From: Nanobdellota archaeon | GTDB lineage: Archaea; Nanobdellota; Nanobdellia; Pacearchaeales; GW2011-AR1 | DNA: 38,671 bases | Direction of reading: 5' to 3' | Assembly: GCA_030640565.1 (NCBI GenBank) | Contig: DAOWJD010000003.1 | Coordinates: 1-38,671 of the forward strand | Shown here: positions 1 to 9,786 of the stretch, piece after piece | Position numbering within the stretch: the stretch's first letter is position 1 | How the letters are laid out: each line of letters starts with the position of its first letter | Translations under genes and position numbers: made by a program | The notes under the pieces: model-generated | What the model was told of the DNA's origin: nothing | The model's database searches: none | What the model saw: only the letters and a program-made list of their open reading frames with translations

Positions 1-851
1 TTCATACAAAAGAAGGAATTTTTTTCTATGGGTTAGATTTAAAATTTGATAATTATCCTACCTTGGGAAAACCCCCAAATTACAAAAAATTAAAAGAACT
101 CGGGAAAAAAGGTGTGAAAGTTTTAATTATAGATGCTCTTTATTCTAGCACTGAAACAAGACCTGGCGGAGAAAAAATAGCACAACACATGTTAGAAGAT
201 GCTATTTCAAAAATGAGGGGAAGAAATTCCGCATTTTTTGTAACAACTTTTTCTTCACATATTGAGAGATTAAATAATATTGTGAAGTTTGCACAGAAAA
301 CAGGGAGAGAAATAGTCTTTCTAGGAAGAAGTTTAAGTAAATATGTTGAAGCAGCATCAAAAGCTAATTCTTGTCCATTCAAAGACAAAGTGAAATTAAT
401 TAAATTCGCAAAACAGCGAGAATCTTTTTTGAGAAGATTAGAAAAAGATAGAGGAAAGTATTTTATTGTTTGCACTGGTCATCAAGCAGAGGAAAATTCA
501 ATTATGGATAGGATCGTTAAAGGGAATACCTCATTTCATTTTAAAGAAGGAGACCATGTTATTTTTTCTTCAAGCATAATCCCAGTCCCGCTAAATATTC
601 TTGCTCGGGAAAAATTAGACAATAGATTAAGAAAAATAGGAGTTAAGATTCAGACAAATGTTCATGTTCACGGACACGGAAGTAGGGAAGACATGAGGGA
701 CTTAATCAGAATGCTGAAACCAAAACACGTGGTTCCTGCACATGGAACTCTTCAGCAAGAAACACCTTTAATTGAACTTGCATCTGAATTTGGATATAAA
801 CTTGGAAAAACCTCTCATCTTTCACCAAATGGAAATGTTCTGAAGTTTTAA
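1..851 (+). CDS. rnj: RNase J-family beta-CASP ribonuclease, C-terminal part (5' end lies upstream of the window)
   Basis: The frame is open from nt 3 (HTKEGIFFYGLDLKFD...), so the TTG at 63 is internal. It shows the RNase J-type segment TTFSSHIERLNNIVKFAQKTGREIVFLGRS and the C-terminal motif HVHGHGSREDMRDLIRMLKPKHVVPAHGT. Confidence 0.8.
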   Translation, partial: HTKEGIFFYGLDLKFDNYPTLGKPPNYKKLKELGKKGVKVLIIDALYSSTETRPGGEKIAQHMLEDAISKMRGRNSAFFVTTFSSHIERLNNIVKFAQKTGREIVFLGRSLSKYVEAASKANSCPFKDKVKLIKFAKQRESFLRRLEKDRGKYFIVCTGHQAEENSIMDRIVKGNTSFHFKEGDHVIFSSSIIPVPLNILAREKLDNRLRKIGVKIQTNVHVHGHGSREDMRDLIRMLKPKHVVPAHGTLQQETPLIELASEFGYKLGKTSHLSPNGNVLKF

Positions 852-940
852 TAGAAATAATTTTTAAACTACTTCTTCTTTAATTTATCATGGTTAAACT
901 AAAATCAGAGATTTTGTACAATCCATTTTAGGAGATAAAA

Positions 941-1330
941 ATGGTTAAAGAGGAGATTCTTTCTGGATTAAAGTATGCTATTGCAAGAGGAGATTCTTTA
1001 GCAAAGGCAATGACGAGTTTCTATAATGCAGGTTATTTAAAAAAAGATGTTGATGAAGCTGCCCGTGTTTTACAAGCTCCTCAATTACCGCAGACACAAC
1101 CAATAACACAACCAAGTACACAACCACAACAAGCACCGCAAACCACTCAACAACCAATTCAACAACCCCTTGCTCCTGTAGTTCAAAGAGTTTCTGCATA
1201 TGAACAAAAACCAAAAAGAAAAGGACTTATGTTTGTTCTTGTTTTCTTCCTAATCTTATTATTAGGGATTTTAGTTGTTATTTTCTTATTTAAAGATGAG
1301 TTAGCAGGGTTGTTAGGTGGTGTTTCATAG
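941..1330 (+). CDS. Small tail-anchored membrane protein with an N-terminal helical module, a P/Q/T-rich linker and a C-terminal TM helix
   Basis: ATG preceded by GGAG (931-934). N-terminus is LSGLKYAIARGDSLAKAMTSFYNAGY. The linker is low-complexity QTQPITQPSTQPQQAPQ. One TM helix (LMFVLVFFLILLLGILVVIFLF). No family recognised. Confidence 0.6.
   Translation: MVKEEILSGLKYAIARGDSLAKAMTSFYNAGYLKKDVDEAARVLQAPQLPQTQPITQPSTQPQQAPQTTQQPIQQPLAPVVQRVSAYEQKPKRKGLMFVLVFFLILLLGILVVIFLFKDELAGLLGGVS
1091..1126 (+). repeat. 3 x 12-nt in-frame tandem repeat (nnnACACAACCA) encoding (x-T-Q-P)3
   Basis: cagacacaacca / ataacacaacca / agtacacaacca are read directly. The repeat continues degenerately to about 1170 as a Q/P-rich linker. 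Confidence 0.85.
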
Positions 1331-1379
1331 TTTAAACCATTATTTGTTACCTTTTCAAAAAGACAACGGAATAGTAATA

Positions 1380-1387
1380 TTTATAAA
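1380..1387 (+). promoter_or_regulatory. TATA box (TTTATAAA) for the 1409 gene; geometry implies a leaderless mRNA
   Basis: The octamer centre is about 26 nt upstream of the ATG at 1409. The same geometry is seen at 14732, 17611, 30415 and 16562. Confidence 0.5.
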
Positions 1388-1408
1388 GTTCAGGTTTCTG
1401 GAAAATGC

Positions 1409-2119
1409 ATGGCAAAGGATTCACCAAGAATTGAGAGAGTAACAAGAATAATTGTTCCTTATAAAAAGAGAGAACTAGCTTTTGATGGCCGTAGTGAAGG
1501 ACCTGGTGAGTATCCACAGATTGGGGGAAGGCTTTTAAAGAGAAATCTTAAAGTTCCAATAGGAGAATATATATCTCCTTTACTTCATGCTGCTTACTTC
1601 AATCCGAAAACTTCAAACGAACTAGAATCAGAAGAAATTAGAAATATTATGAAAGATAAAGGACTCTGGATTTGCAATCTCAATATATGGACCCCTGAAG
1701 GAGTTTATGTTGTTCCTGATTTAAAAGCAATAGGAGGAGATCACACATTAACCCAAGATAACATTGAAGAAATAATCGGGCGCGGAAAAGAGTTAAGTTG
1801 GGGAGGAAGAAGTTTTGGCGAAAGGGGGAAAGCAATATTTGCTCCAAAAGGAACTTATAAATTTGGAACACACACACCAGACTCATTAGCAAGAGATGGT
1901 CTTGTAATTGCAAACCATGGTCTTAGGGGAGCTGAAGAACTTGGAGAAGTTTCTACTGAGTTTAAGAATCCGCCAAAAATTTATGGATATAATATTCGAG
2001 AAGGAGAAGATCCTAAACAAAGAGTAGCTTTTATTTGTGAGACTAAACATAACAGACTTGCCATGGATTATAATTCTGGTTCTTTCAGAGAAAACTATGC
2101 TTTCGGCGTGTTGGAGTGA
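1409..2119 (+). CDS. Hypothetical protein (236 aa, globular composition), upstream of mre11-rad50
   Basis: Long ORF with non-repetitive, non-low-complexity translation and a TATA box at the right distance. I recognise no motif. Confidence 0.6.
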   Translation: MAKDSPRIERVTRIIVPYKKRELAFDGRSEGPGEYPQIGGRLLKRNLKVPIGEYISPLLHAAYFNPKTSNELESEEIRNIMKDKGLWICNLNIWTPEGVYVVPDLKAIGGDHTLTQDNIEEIIGRGKELSWGGRSFGERGKAIFAPKGTYKFGTHTPDSLARDGLVIANHGLRGAEELGEVSTEFKNPPKIYGYNIREGEDPKQRVAFICETKHNRLAMDYNSGSFRENYAFGVLE

Positions 2120-2214
2120 ACTACTAAAACCCTCAACTAGCATAAAAATAATTGATTTAAACCACAACTATTTTTATATACTTCTTCTATACTTTTAAAC
2201 TTGTAAAATATAAA

Positions 2215-3384
2215 ATGGTGAAATTTGCACATACAGCTGATGTCCATTTAGGTGGATGGAAACAACAACCCCTACAAGATTTAAATCTTCAATCATTTAA
2301 GAAAGCTGTAGAAATATGGATAAATGAGAAAGTAGATTTTGTTTTGATTGCAGGAGATTTATTTGATTCTGCATTCCCTCCAATAGATGTTCTTAAAGAA
2401 ACCTTTGCTGAATTTAAAAAACTTAAAGATTCTGAAATTCCTTGCTTTATCATTGCAGGCTCCCATGATTATTCTGTTTCTGGGAAGACTTTTCTTGATG
2501 TTCTTGAAAAAGCAGGATTTTGTAAAAATGTGGTGGATTATGAAGAAAAAGAAGGAAAAATAATTTTAAATCCAACAATTTACAAGGGTGTTGCAATTTA
2601 TGGATATCCTGGAAAAACCTCCAGCCTTGAAATAAATGATTTAAGAAGAGCAGAGTTTAACGAATCTCCAGGATTGTTTAAAATATTCATGATGCATACA
2701 ATGATTGATAAGGCAAAAGGAGATTTGCCTGTAGATGCCTTGGAAATATCAAAAATACCGTTTGCAGATTATTATGCTTTAGGGCATCTCCACATAGATT
2801 TCCAATATGAAAATTTTGTTTATCCAGGACCAATATTTCCAAACAATTTCCAAGAGCTTGAAGATTTAAAATACGGGAGATTTTGCATTATTGATACAGA
2901 ATTAAATGCAGAAAACCAATTTAAAAAAATTGAGTTAAAAATAAAAGAAGTTGTTTTATTCGATATAGAGATAAAAAATGCTCTGCTTGCGACAGAAAAA
3001 ATAATTTCTGAACTTGAAAAAAAAGACCTGGAGGATAAAATAGTTCTTCTTAGGTTAAGGGGAATTCTTGAAACTGGAAAAAACTCAGATATAAAATTTT
3101 CACAAATAGAAGAAGCAGCAAAAAGAAAAAATGCATATTTTTTACTAAGAAACACCCATGAATTAAAAACAAAAGAAGCAGAGCTTGAATTTGAAATAGA
3201 AGAGACAGAAAATATAGAAGGTGAAACAATAAAGACCTACAAAGAACAAAATCCTTCTGATTTTAATAAGTATATTTTCCAATTAATGAATACTCTTTCA
3301 ACAGAGAAACAAGAAGGAGAAACCGTAGAAAGTTTTACAGGAAGACTTTCAGATGAATTTAAAGAAATTCTGCCCTTAAAATGA
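2215..3384 (+). CDS. mre11: Mre11 DNA double-strand-break repair nuclease (calcineurin-like metallophosphoesterase)
   Basis: Ordered phosphoesterase motifs AHTADVHLG, IAGDLFD, GSHD, MMHT and GHLH. ATGA start/stop overlap with the rad50 gene downstream. Confidence 0.9.
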   Translation: MVKFAHTADVHLGGWKQQPLQDLNLQSFKKAVEIWINEKVDFVLIAGDLFDSAFPPIDVLKETFAEFKKLKDSEIPCFIIAGSHDYSVSGKTFLDVLEKAGFCKNVVDYEEKEGKIILNPTIYKGVAIYGYPGKTSSLEINDLRRAEFNESPGLFKIFMMHTMIDKAKGDLPVDALEISKIPFADYYALGHLHIDFQYENFVYPGPIFPNNFQELEDLKYGRFCIIDTELNAENQFKKIELKIKEVVLFDIEIKNALLATEKIISELEKKDLEDKIVLLRLRGILETGKNSDIKFSQIEEAAKRKNAYFLLRNTHELKTKEAELEFEIEETENIEGETIKTYKEQNPSDFNKYIFQLMNTLSTEKQEGETVESFTGRLSDEFKEILPLK

Positions 3385-5450
3385 TATTGAATAAAATCAT
3401 TCTGAATAACATAAGAAGTTACAAAAATGAAGAGATAACATTCCCAGAAGGTTCTATTTTATTATCAGGAAATATTGGCTGTGGTAAAACATCTGTGCTT
3501 CTTGGGATTGAGTTTGCTTTGTTTGGTTTGCAGCCAGGACAGAGAGGGAGTTCTTTATTAAGAAATGGAGAAAAAGAAGGAGGAGTAATTCTTGAATTTG
3601 AAGTTGATGAAAAAAAAATACTTGTTGAGAGAACTCTTAAAAGAGGAAAAACTATTTCACAAAATTATTGTGCAATAAGCATTGATGGAGAAAAACGCGA
3701 ATTTTCTGTTACAGAATTAAAAGACAAGGTCCTTAAAATTCTTAATTACCCCAAAGAATTTTCTAAAAAACAAAATATTCTTTACAAATTTACTGTTTAC
3801 ACACCACAAGAAGAAATGAAACAAATAATTCTACAAGATCCTGATACAAGGATTAATACATTAAGGCATGTTTTTGGTATAGACAAATATAAAAAAATCC
3901 TCGAGAACATATCAATACTTGCTTCAAAATTAAGAGAAGAAAAAAGACTTAAAGAATGGATGATAGAAAATTTAGAACAAGATAAGGCAAATTTAGCTTC
4001 AAAAGAAGATGAACTTGAGGCAAAACATTACAATCTAACCTCAATCGAAAAAGAACTTTTTCTTAAAACAGAAACAGGAAAAAGAATTCAGGAAGAGAAA
4101 GAAGAAATTTCTAAAAAAATAGAAGAAAGAAAAGAGTTGCAACAAGAAATTGAAAAAACTAAAATAATAATTTCAAATAAAAAAGAAAATTTCGCAGGCA
4201 ATTTAAAAATTATAACACAAATTGAAGACCAAATAAATGAACTATCGAAAATAGAATTTAATGAGGAAAAATTCAAAGAACTAGAGCAACAGATAATTTC
4301 AAATAAAAAAGAAAAAGAAACGTTAAATGAAGAAGATCTTAGAATAACATCACAGATAAATTCTCTTAACATACAAAACCAGGAAAACAATGCTTTAAAG
4401 AAAAGAATAATTCAGATTGAAATCTGCCCCACGTGCTTGCAAAACGTTGAACCTGTATATAAGAGCAATGTGGTTAATAAATTAGAATCAAATATTTCTG
4501 GAAATCTTAAAAAAATAGAAGAATTCACTTTTGAAAAGAAAAAAATCCTTAAAACCCGTATGAGTGTTGAAGAAAATATCTCTTTAAAAGAAGAACAGCT
4601 TCAGAAATTAAGCATATTGAAAGTAAGATTACAAGATGTGGAAGAGAAAAAGAAAAGACTTGAAGAGATTAAAAAATTAAACGAATTAATTCAAAAAGAT
4701 ACAGAAATCTTAAATCAACATATAGAAACTCTAAGCAAATTTGTTTTTGAGTTAACAAAATTTGAAAATATTTTTGAAAAGAAACAGGAAGAGCTTGATG
4801 AAGCTTTGAAACAAGAGAGAATAGCAGAAATAAAAGTTGCAGAACTTAAAAAGGAAATCGAAGTTTTTTCAGAACAAGTGGAGGAGTTTAAAGAAAGAAT
4901 AAAAAAGACAGAAGAAATCAGGGAGCAACTTAATTATATTACAAAGCTTGAGACATGGCTTTCAAAAAATTTCTCTTCCCTTATTTCTTTTATTGAAAGA
5001 AATGTGATGATTAAACTTAAAACAGAATTTTCAAAACTTTTTGCAAGATGGTTTTCTATGCTTGTGTCAGATGTTTTCGAGGTAGAACTTGATGATAATT
5101 TTACTCCAATAATAGAATACCAGGATTATGAAATAGATTACCCTCATCTTTCAGGAGGAGAAAGAACAGCAATAGCTCTTGCTTATCGTTTATCGTTAAA
5201 TCAAGTTGTGAATTCTCTTTTAAGTAAAATAAAAACACGTGATATAGTAATTCTTGACGAGCCAACAGATGGATTTTCAGAGCAACAACTTGATAAAATG
5301 AGGGATGTTTTAAGGCAACTTAATGCAAGACAGCTTATAATTGTAAGCCATGAGCAGAAAATTGAAGGGTTTGTGGAAAATGTAATGAGATTCAAAAAAG
5401 AGCATGGGGTTTCAAAAGTGGCCTCTGAAAACTTTACCAACCCTTCTTAA
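3381..5450 (+). CDS. rad50: Rad50 SMC-like ATPase (compact, 689 aa)
   Basis: Walker A GNIGCGKTS. Long K/E-rich coiled coil. Zinc hook CPTC at 4425-4436. Signature LSGGERTAIALAYRL. Walker B IVILDEPTDGF. IIVSHE loop. Confidence 0.93.
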   Translation: MILNKIILNNIRSYKNEEITFPEGSILLSGNIGCGKTSVLLGIEFALFGLQPGQRGSSLLRNGEKEGGVILEFEVDEKKILVERTLKRGKTISQNYCAISIDGEKREFSVTELKDKVLKILNYPKEFSKKQNILYKFTVYTPQEEMKQIILQDPDTRINTLRHVFGIDKYKKILENISILASKLREEKRLKEWMIENLEQDKANLASKEDELEAKHYNLTSIEKELFLKTETGKRIQEEKEEISKKIEERKELQQEIEKTKIIISNKKENFAGNLKIITQIEDQINELSKIEFNEEKFKELEQQIISNKKEKETLNEEDLRITSQINSLNIQNQENNALKKRIIQIEICPTCLQNVEPVYKSNVVNKLESNISGNLKKIEEFTFEKKKILKTRMSVEENISLKEEQLQKLSILKVRLQDVEEKKKRLEEIKKLNELIQKDTEILNQHIETLSKFVFELTKFENIFEKKQEELDEALKQERIAEIKVAELKKEIEVFSEQVEEFKERIKKTEEIREQLNYITKLETWLSKNFSSLISFIERNVMIKLKTEFSKLFARWFSMLVSDVFEVELDDNFTPIIEYQDYEIDYPHLSGGERTAIALAYRLSLNQVVNSLLSKIKTRDIVILDEPTDGFSEQQLDKMRDVLRQLNARQLIIVSHEQKIEGFVENVMRFKKEHGVSKVASENFTNPS

Positions 5451-7030
5451 TTACAGAAATCCTCTATAAAATATTTAACATTTAAAGGTTCTCCAAGAGC
5501 TTTTTCAATAAGTTTATCCCACCGATATTTTTTTCCAGGCATAAAAATCTTTTCTTTCAAATAATCTCCTATTTTTGAGTTAGAATAATCCGGATTTTCA
5601 GAATCTTGTTTTAAGATATCTTTAGAAATATGATGATTTATCTGTGATGCAAGAATCTTTCCTAAAAGATAATTATGATAATAAACAGGAGAACAGGTAA
5701 GATGTATTTTAGAAGCCCAATCTGGTTTATCTCTGGAAAAATCAATCAATTGATATTTTTTCACTAAAGACCACCAAAGTGTATTCAAATCTTGCTCAGG
5801 ATTTTTATACAATTCCCGCTCAAAATAAAATACCACTTGAGACCATTTCAAGAAAACCAATTCATCTAATTTTAATTGTTTTCTTATTTCCTTTTCAATC
5901 TTTTCAACATCTTCACTTTCAAGATTTCCATATCTTTTTATAAAAGTCTTATTCTTAGAATTTCTTCCAAATAAAAGGGCTATCGCCTCTGTTACAAAAA
6001 TGTGTACGCATTCTCTTAACAAAAAAGGAAGAGCTTTATCACAATATTTATCATATACAGCATGACCCAATTCATGCAAGGTTGTTTCCATCCAGGATTC
6101 ATTATTTTTTATATTTTCAATAATTCTCACATCCCCATCATGATCAATATCTATACAACATGCATGTTGATATTTGCCAGGTTTTTCATAGAGATCACTT
6201 CTTTCTAAAATATCTTTAATTTCTAAATTTAATTCCTGATAAAATTTTTTAGTAATTTCTAAAATATCTTTATTATAAATCTTATCTAAATCAATGTCAA
6301 AAATTTCAGGCCCTTCCTGAAAAAACAAGTTATGATAATGCCATGGTTTAAGTTCTTCTTTCTCTATACCATATCTTTTAGAGAAAACATCATCTAATTC
6401 ATTTTTAAGGACTTTGAACGATTCTTGAGTAGATTTTTCAAGTTCTAAAAATATTTTTTCAATTTCTTCTTCTTTTTGTTCATTCAGTTCAAGAGCCATT
6501 ACATAATAGTTTTCAAATCCCAAACTTTTCGCAAGCTTGTTTCTTAATCTCACTAATTCAATCACTTCTTTTTCAATAATTTCCCCTTGTTTTTTACTTG
6601 CTTCCCAGGTTTTCTTAAGTTTTTCAGAATTTTTCTCATTCTTTAAAATCTCTTTTATTTCATTATCTGTTAATTCTTTCCCATCTAGATTTGCTCTAAA
6701 AGTATTAAATTTTTGTTCTATCAAAGCAGACTTTTTTGTTATCTCTTCTATTAGCTTGAAATCTCCTTGACCTGATAAATATCCTAGATAAAGAAGTTCT
6801 AATTGTCTTTTCTCTAGAGGATCTTTAACAATTTCTAAAAACGATTTAATTTTTTTAAAATCCTCTTTATTTGTAAAATATTTCTCTAATTCTATAGCTT
6901 TTTTTTCATAATTTTGATAAGCTTCTTTTTTCCCAGAGATTAGAGCGTCCCAATAAGATAAAGCTGTTTCTATAGAAATCTTTTTTATCTCTTTATTCTG
7001 CTTATCTAGAAAGCTCTTTAATTGATTCAT
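5447..7030 (-). CDS. Gluzincin zinc metallopeptidase, M3 (PepF-like) / M2-like oligoendopeptidase
   Basis: HELGH (TLHELGHAVY) with a downstream Glu in TEAIA about 25 residues later. The C-terminal PDWASKIHLTCSPVYYHNYLLG segment resembles M3B peptidases. No signal peptide. Confidence 0.7.
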   Translation of the reverse strand: MNQLKSFLDKQNKEIKKISIETALSYWDALISGKKEAYQNYEKKAIELEKYFTNKEDFKKIKSFLEIVKDPLEKRQLELLYLGYLSGQGDFKLIEEITKKSALIEQKFNTFRANLDGKELTDNEIKEILKNEKNSEKLKKTWEASKKQGEIIEKEVIELVRLRNKLAKSLGFENYYVMALELNEQKEEEIEKIFLELEKSTQESFKVLKNELDDVFSKRYGIEKEELKPWHYHNLFFQEGPEIFDIDLDKIYNKDILEITKKFYQELNLEIKDILERSDLYEKPGKYQHACCIDIDHDGDVRIIENIKNNESWMETTLHELGHAVYDKYCDKALPFLLRECVHIFVTEAIALLFGRNSKNKTFIKRYGNLESEDVEKIEKEIRKQLKLDELVFLKWSQVVFYFERELYKNPEQDLNTLWWSLVKKYQLIDFSRDKPDWASKIHLTCSPVYYHNYLLGKILASQINHHISKDILKQDSENPDYSNSKIGDYLKEKIFMPGKKYRWDKLIEKALGEPLNVKYFIEDFCN

Positions 7031-7170
7031 AAGTATTTTTAGAAAACACCCCTTAAAATACTTTCGCCGAAAACTTTATAAAATAAGATTATCTCTAAAA
7101 TTTATCGGGTTGGTTCTAAAGAAATTAAATTGGGATATAATAAATTAGAGATAATAAAAAACAAATAAAA

Positions 7171-7839
7171 ATGGACCAGGAATTAAAAGATTCAATTTTG
7201 AAAACAGGAACAACTATTTTAGGAATAGTTTGCAAAGACGGAATTGTGATGGCTAGTGATAGGCAAATTACATTAGGAGAAATGATGGTATCAAGGAAGG
7301 ATTTTTCTAAAACTAATAAAATTAATGATTATCTTTTAGTTTCTTGGGCAGGACAAGTTTCAGATGCTCAAAGATTAAGCAAATTAATTGCAGCAGAATT
7401 AAAATTAAAAGAATTAAGATCAAAAACAAGACCAAGTGTTAAACAATCCGCAAATCTTACTGGTTCGATAACTTTTTCCCAAGTGAGACAACCTTCTATG
7501 ATACCCAGTATAGTTTCTACTTTTGTGGGAGGTTTTAATGAAGATGGTTCTACTGAATTATTTAGAATTGGGGCAGATGGTGCTATAATAGAAATTAATG
7601 ATTATGAATGTACTGGAAGTGGAATGCCTTATGTTCTTGGTCTTCTTGAAAGGCAATACAAAAAAGATATTGGTATTAAAGAAGGAATTGAACTTGCAAA
7701 AGAAGCTTTAAAATCTTCAACACAAAGAGATGTAGGTTCTGGATATGGAATTGATGTATTTACAATCACAAAAGATGGTATTAAAAAAGTAGTTGAGCAG
7801 GAAATAATTGCAGAATACAAAGAATCAAAAAAACAATAA
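7171..7839 (+). CDS. psmB: Proteasome beta subunit
   Basis: Short propeptide followed by the GTTILGIVCKDGIVMASDRQ active-site Thr context. A later ECTGSGMPY segment is typical of Ntn-hydrolase proteasome beta subunits. Confidence 0.9.
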   Translation: MDQELKDSILKTGTTILGIVCKDGIVMASDRQITLGEMMVSRKDFSKTNKINDYLLVSWAGQVSDAQRLSKLIAAELKLKELRSKTRPSVKQSANLTGSITFSQVRQPSMIPSIVSTFVGGFNEDGSTELFRIGADGAIIEINDYECTGSGMPYVLGLLERQYKKDIGIKEGIELAKEALKSSTQRDVGSGYGIDVFTITKDGIKKVVEQEIIAEYKESKKQ

Positions 7840-7893
7840 AAAAGAAGTGTCAATCAAATAATTTAATCATTTTCAATAAATATTTTTGTTAAA

Positions 7894-9778
7894 ATGAACA
7901 TTCTTAAGCACATAACAGATAAGTTGCATAGCAACATTACAGAAGCAAATTTTGAAGGAGCAAATATAGTTCTTTATACAGATAATGAGAAGTTTTTCAG
8001 AGAAGGTGAAGGTAAAATTAAAGAAATAGTTAATGAGTTAAAAAAAAGAATAGAATTAAGAGCAGATCAAAAAATTTTGCCAGAGCAGGAAAAAACCCAT
8101 GAAGAGATAAAAAAAAATTGTTCCTCAAGAAGCTGAAATAACAAATATAATTTTTGATTTTCATAGAAGCATTGTTATAATTGAAGCAAAAAAACCAGGA
8201 ATGGTTATAGGAAAACAAGGCTCTATCCTTAATGAGATTAAAAGAACTACTTTATGGACACCCCAGGTTCAGAGAACCCCTGCAATAAAAAGCAAGATAA
8301 CAGAAAGTATAAGAGAAGTTCTTTATGCAAACAACAATTACAGAAGAAAATTTTTTAATGAGATAGGAAAGAAAATTTACAAAGAGTGGAATCCTGAAAA
8401 AGTTGAAGAATGGGTTAGATTAACTTTCTTAGGAGGAGCAAGGCAAGTTGGAAGAAGCTGTTTACTTCTTCAGACACCAAATTCAAAAGTTTTAATCGAT
8501 TGCGGAATTGATGTAGCAAGCCATGGAAAAGACAGATTCCCTTATTTTGACATTCCTGAATTTGATATAAGAGAACTTGATGCAGTTATAATAAGTCATG
8601 CACATCTTGACCACGCAGGACTTTTACCTTATCTTTATAAAATGGGATTTAAAGGACCAACTTATATGACCCCTCCAACAATGGACCTTACATCTCTTCT
8701 TGCCCTGGATTTTATAGGTGTTGCATACAAACAAGCAGTAGCACCTTTGTTTAGTTCAAAAGATATTAAAGAAATGGTCAAACATTCCATCTGCTTAAAT
8801 TTCAATGAAGTTACAGATATAACTCCTGACATAAGAATAACTCTTTATACCGCAGGGCATGCTCTTGGCAGCGCAATGGTTCATTTTAATATTGGAAATG
8901 GTTTGCATAATTTTCTTTACACAGGTGATTATAAATATGCAAGAACAAGACTTCTTGATCCTGCGATAAACAGTTTTCCAAGAATAGAATCTGTTCTTAC
9001 AGAAGCAACATATGGAGCAAAGTCAGATATTCTACCTCCAAGAATAGAATCAGAAGAAAAGATGATTGAAATAATAAATAAAACAATTGAAAGAGGTGGA
9101 AAAGTTTTGATTCCAGAACTTGGGCTTGGGAGAGCACAGGAAACCATGCTCATTATTCAAGATGCAATAGAATCAGGAAAACTAAAGAAAATTCCTGTTT
9201 ACATAGACGGCATGATATGGGATATTAATGCAATTCATACAGCATACCCTGATTTTTTAAGTAACAAAGTTCGTGCTTCTATTTTTCAGGACCAGAATCC
9301 TTTTATTTTAGACACATTCTCAAGGGTTGGTTCTCACCAAGAAAGGAGAAAAGTTATAGAAGGAGAACCATGTGTTGTTCTTGCAACATCTGGTATGCTT
9401 GTTGGGGGGGCTTCTGTTGAATATTTAAAAGAGTTTGCAGAAAATAAGAAAAACTCCATAGTCTTTGTCTGTTATCAAGGAGTTGGCTCTTTAGGAAGGC
9501 AGGTTCAGGAAGGAATCAGTGAAACAAAAATGAATGTTGATGGAAGAGAGGAAATTGTTAAAATAAATCTCGAAGTTCATACAATTCCAGGACTAAGTGC
9601 CCATGCAGGAAGAAATGAGATAATGTCGTTCTTTAATAATATGAGGCCTAAACCGAAAAGAATAATAGTAAATCACGGAGAAGTTTCTAAATGCCTTGAT
9701 CTTGCCTCTGCACTTTACAAACTTAATCGCGTTGAAACAAGTATGCCAAGAATATTGGAAACTATAAGACTTAGATAG
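7894..9778 (+). CDS. fttA: aCPSF1 (KH + metallo-beta-lactamase + beta-CASP ribonuclease / transcription termination factor), reading frame broken by a +1 shift in an A9 run
   Basis: The 7894-8136 fragment encodes the N-terminal KH-type region. Frame +1, open from 8111, continues as [36 protein letters not shown] (KH GXXG), then HAHLDHAG and beta-CASP motifs to 9778. Deleting one A from 8109-8117 fuses the two fragments. Confidence 0.9.
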
Positions 9779-9786
9779 GGGTGAAG

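Noticed and set aside
63-65. TTG at 63 as the start of the first gene.
   Set aside because: The frame is open back to nt 3 and the upstream residues (HTKEGIFFYGLDLKFD) read like RNase J sequence. The gene is therefore truncated by the window edge.
7894-8136. 80-aa ORF as an independent small gene.
   Set aside because: It is the N-terminal KH-region fragment of aCPSF1. The continuation is in the +1 frame directly after the A9 run.
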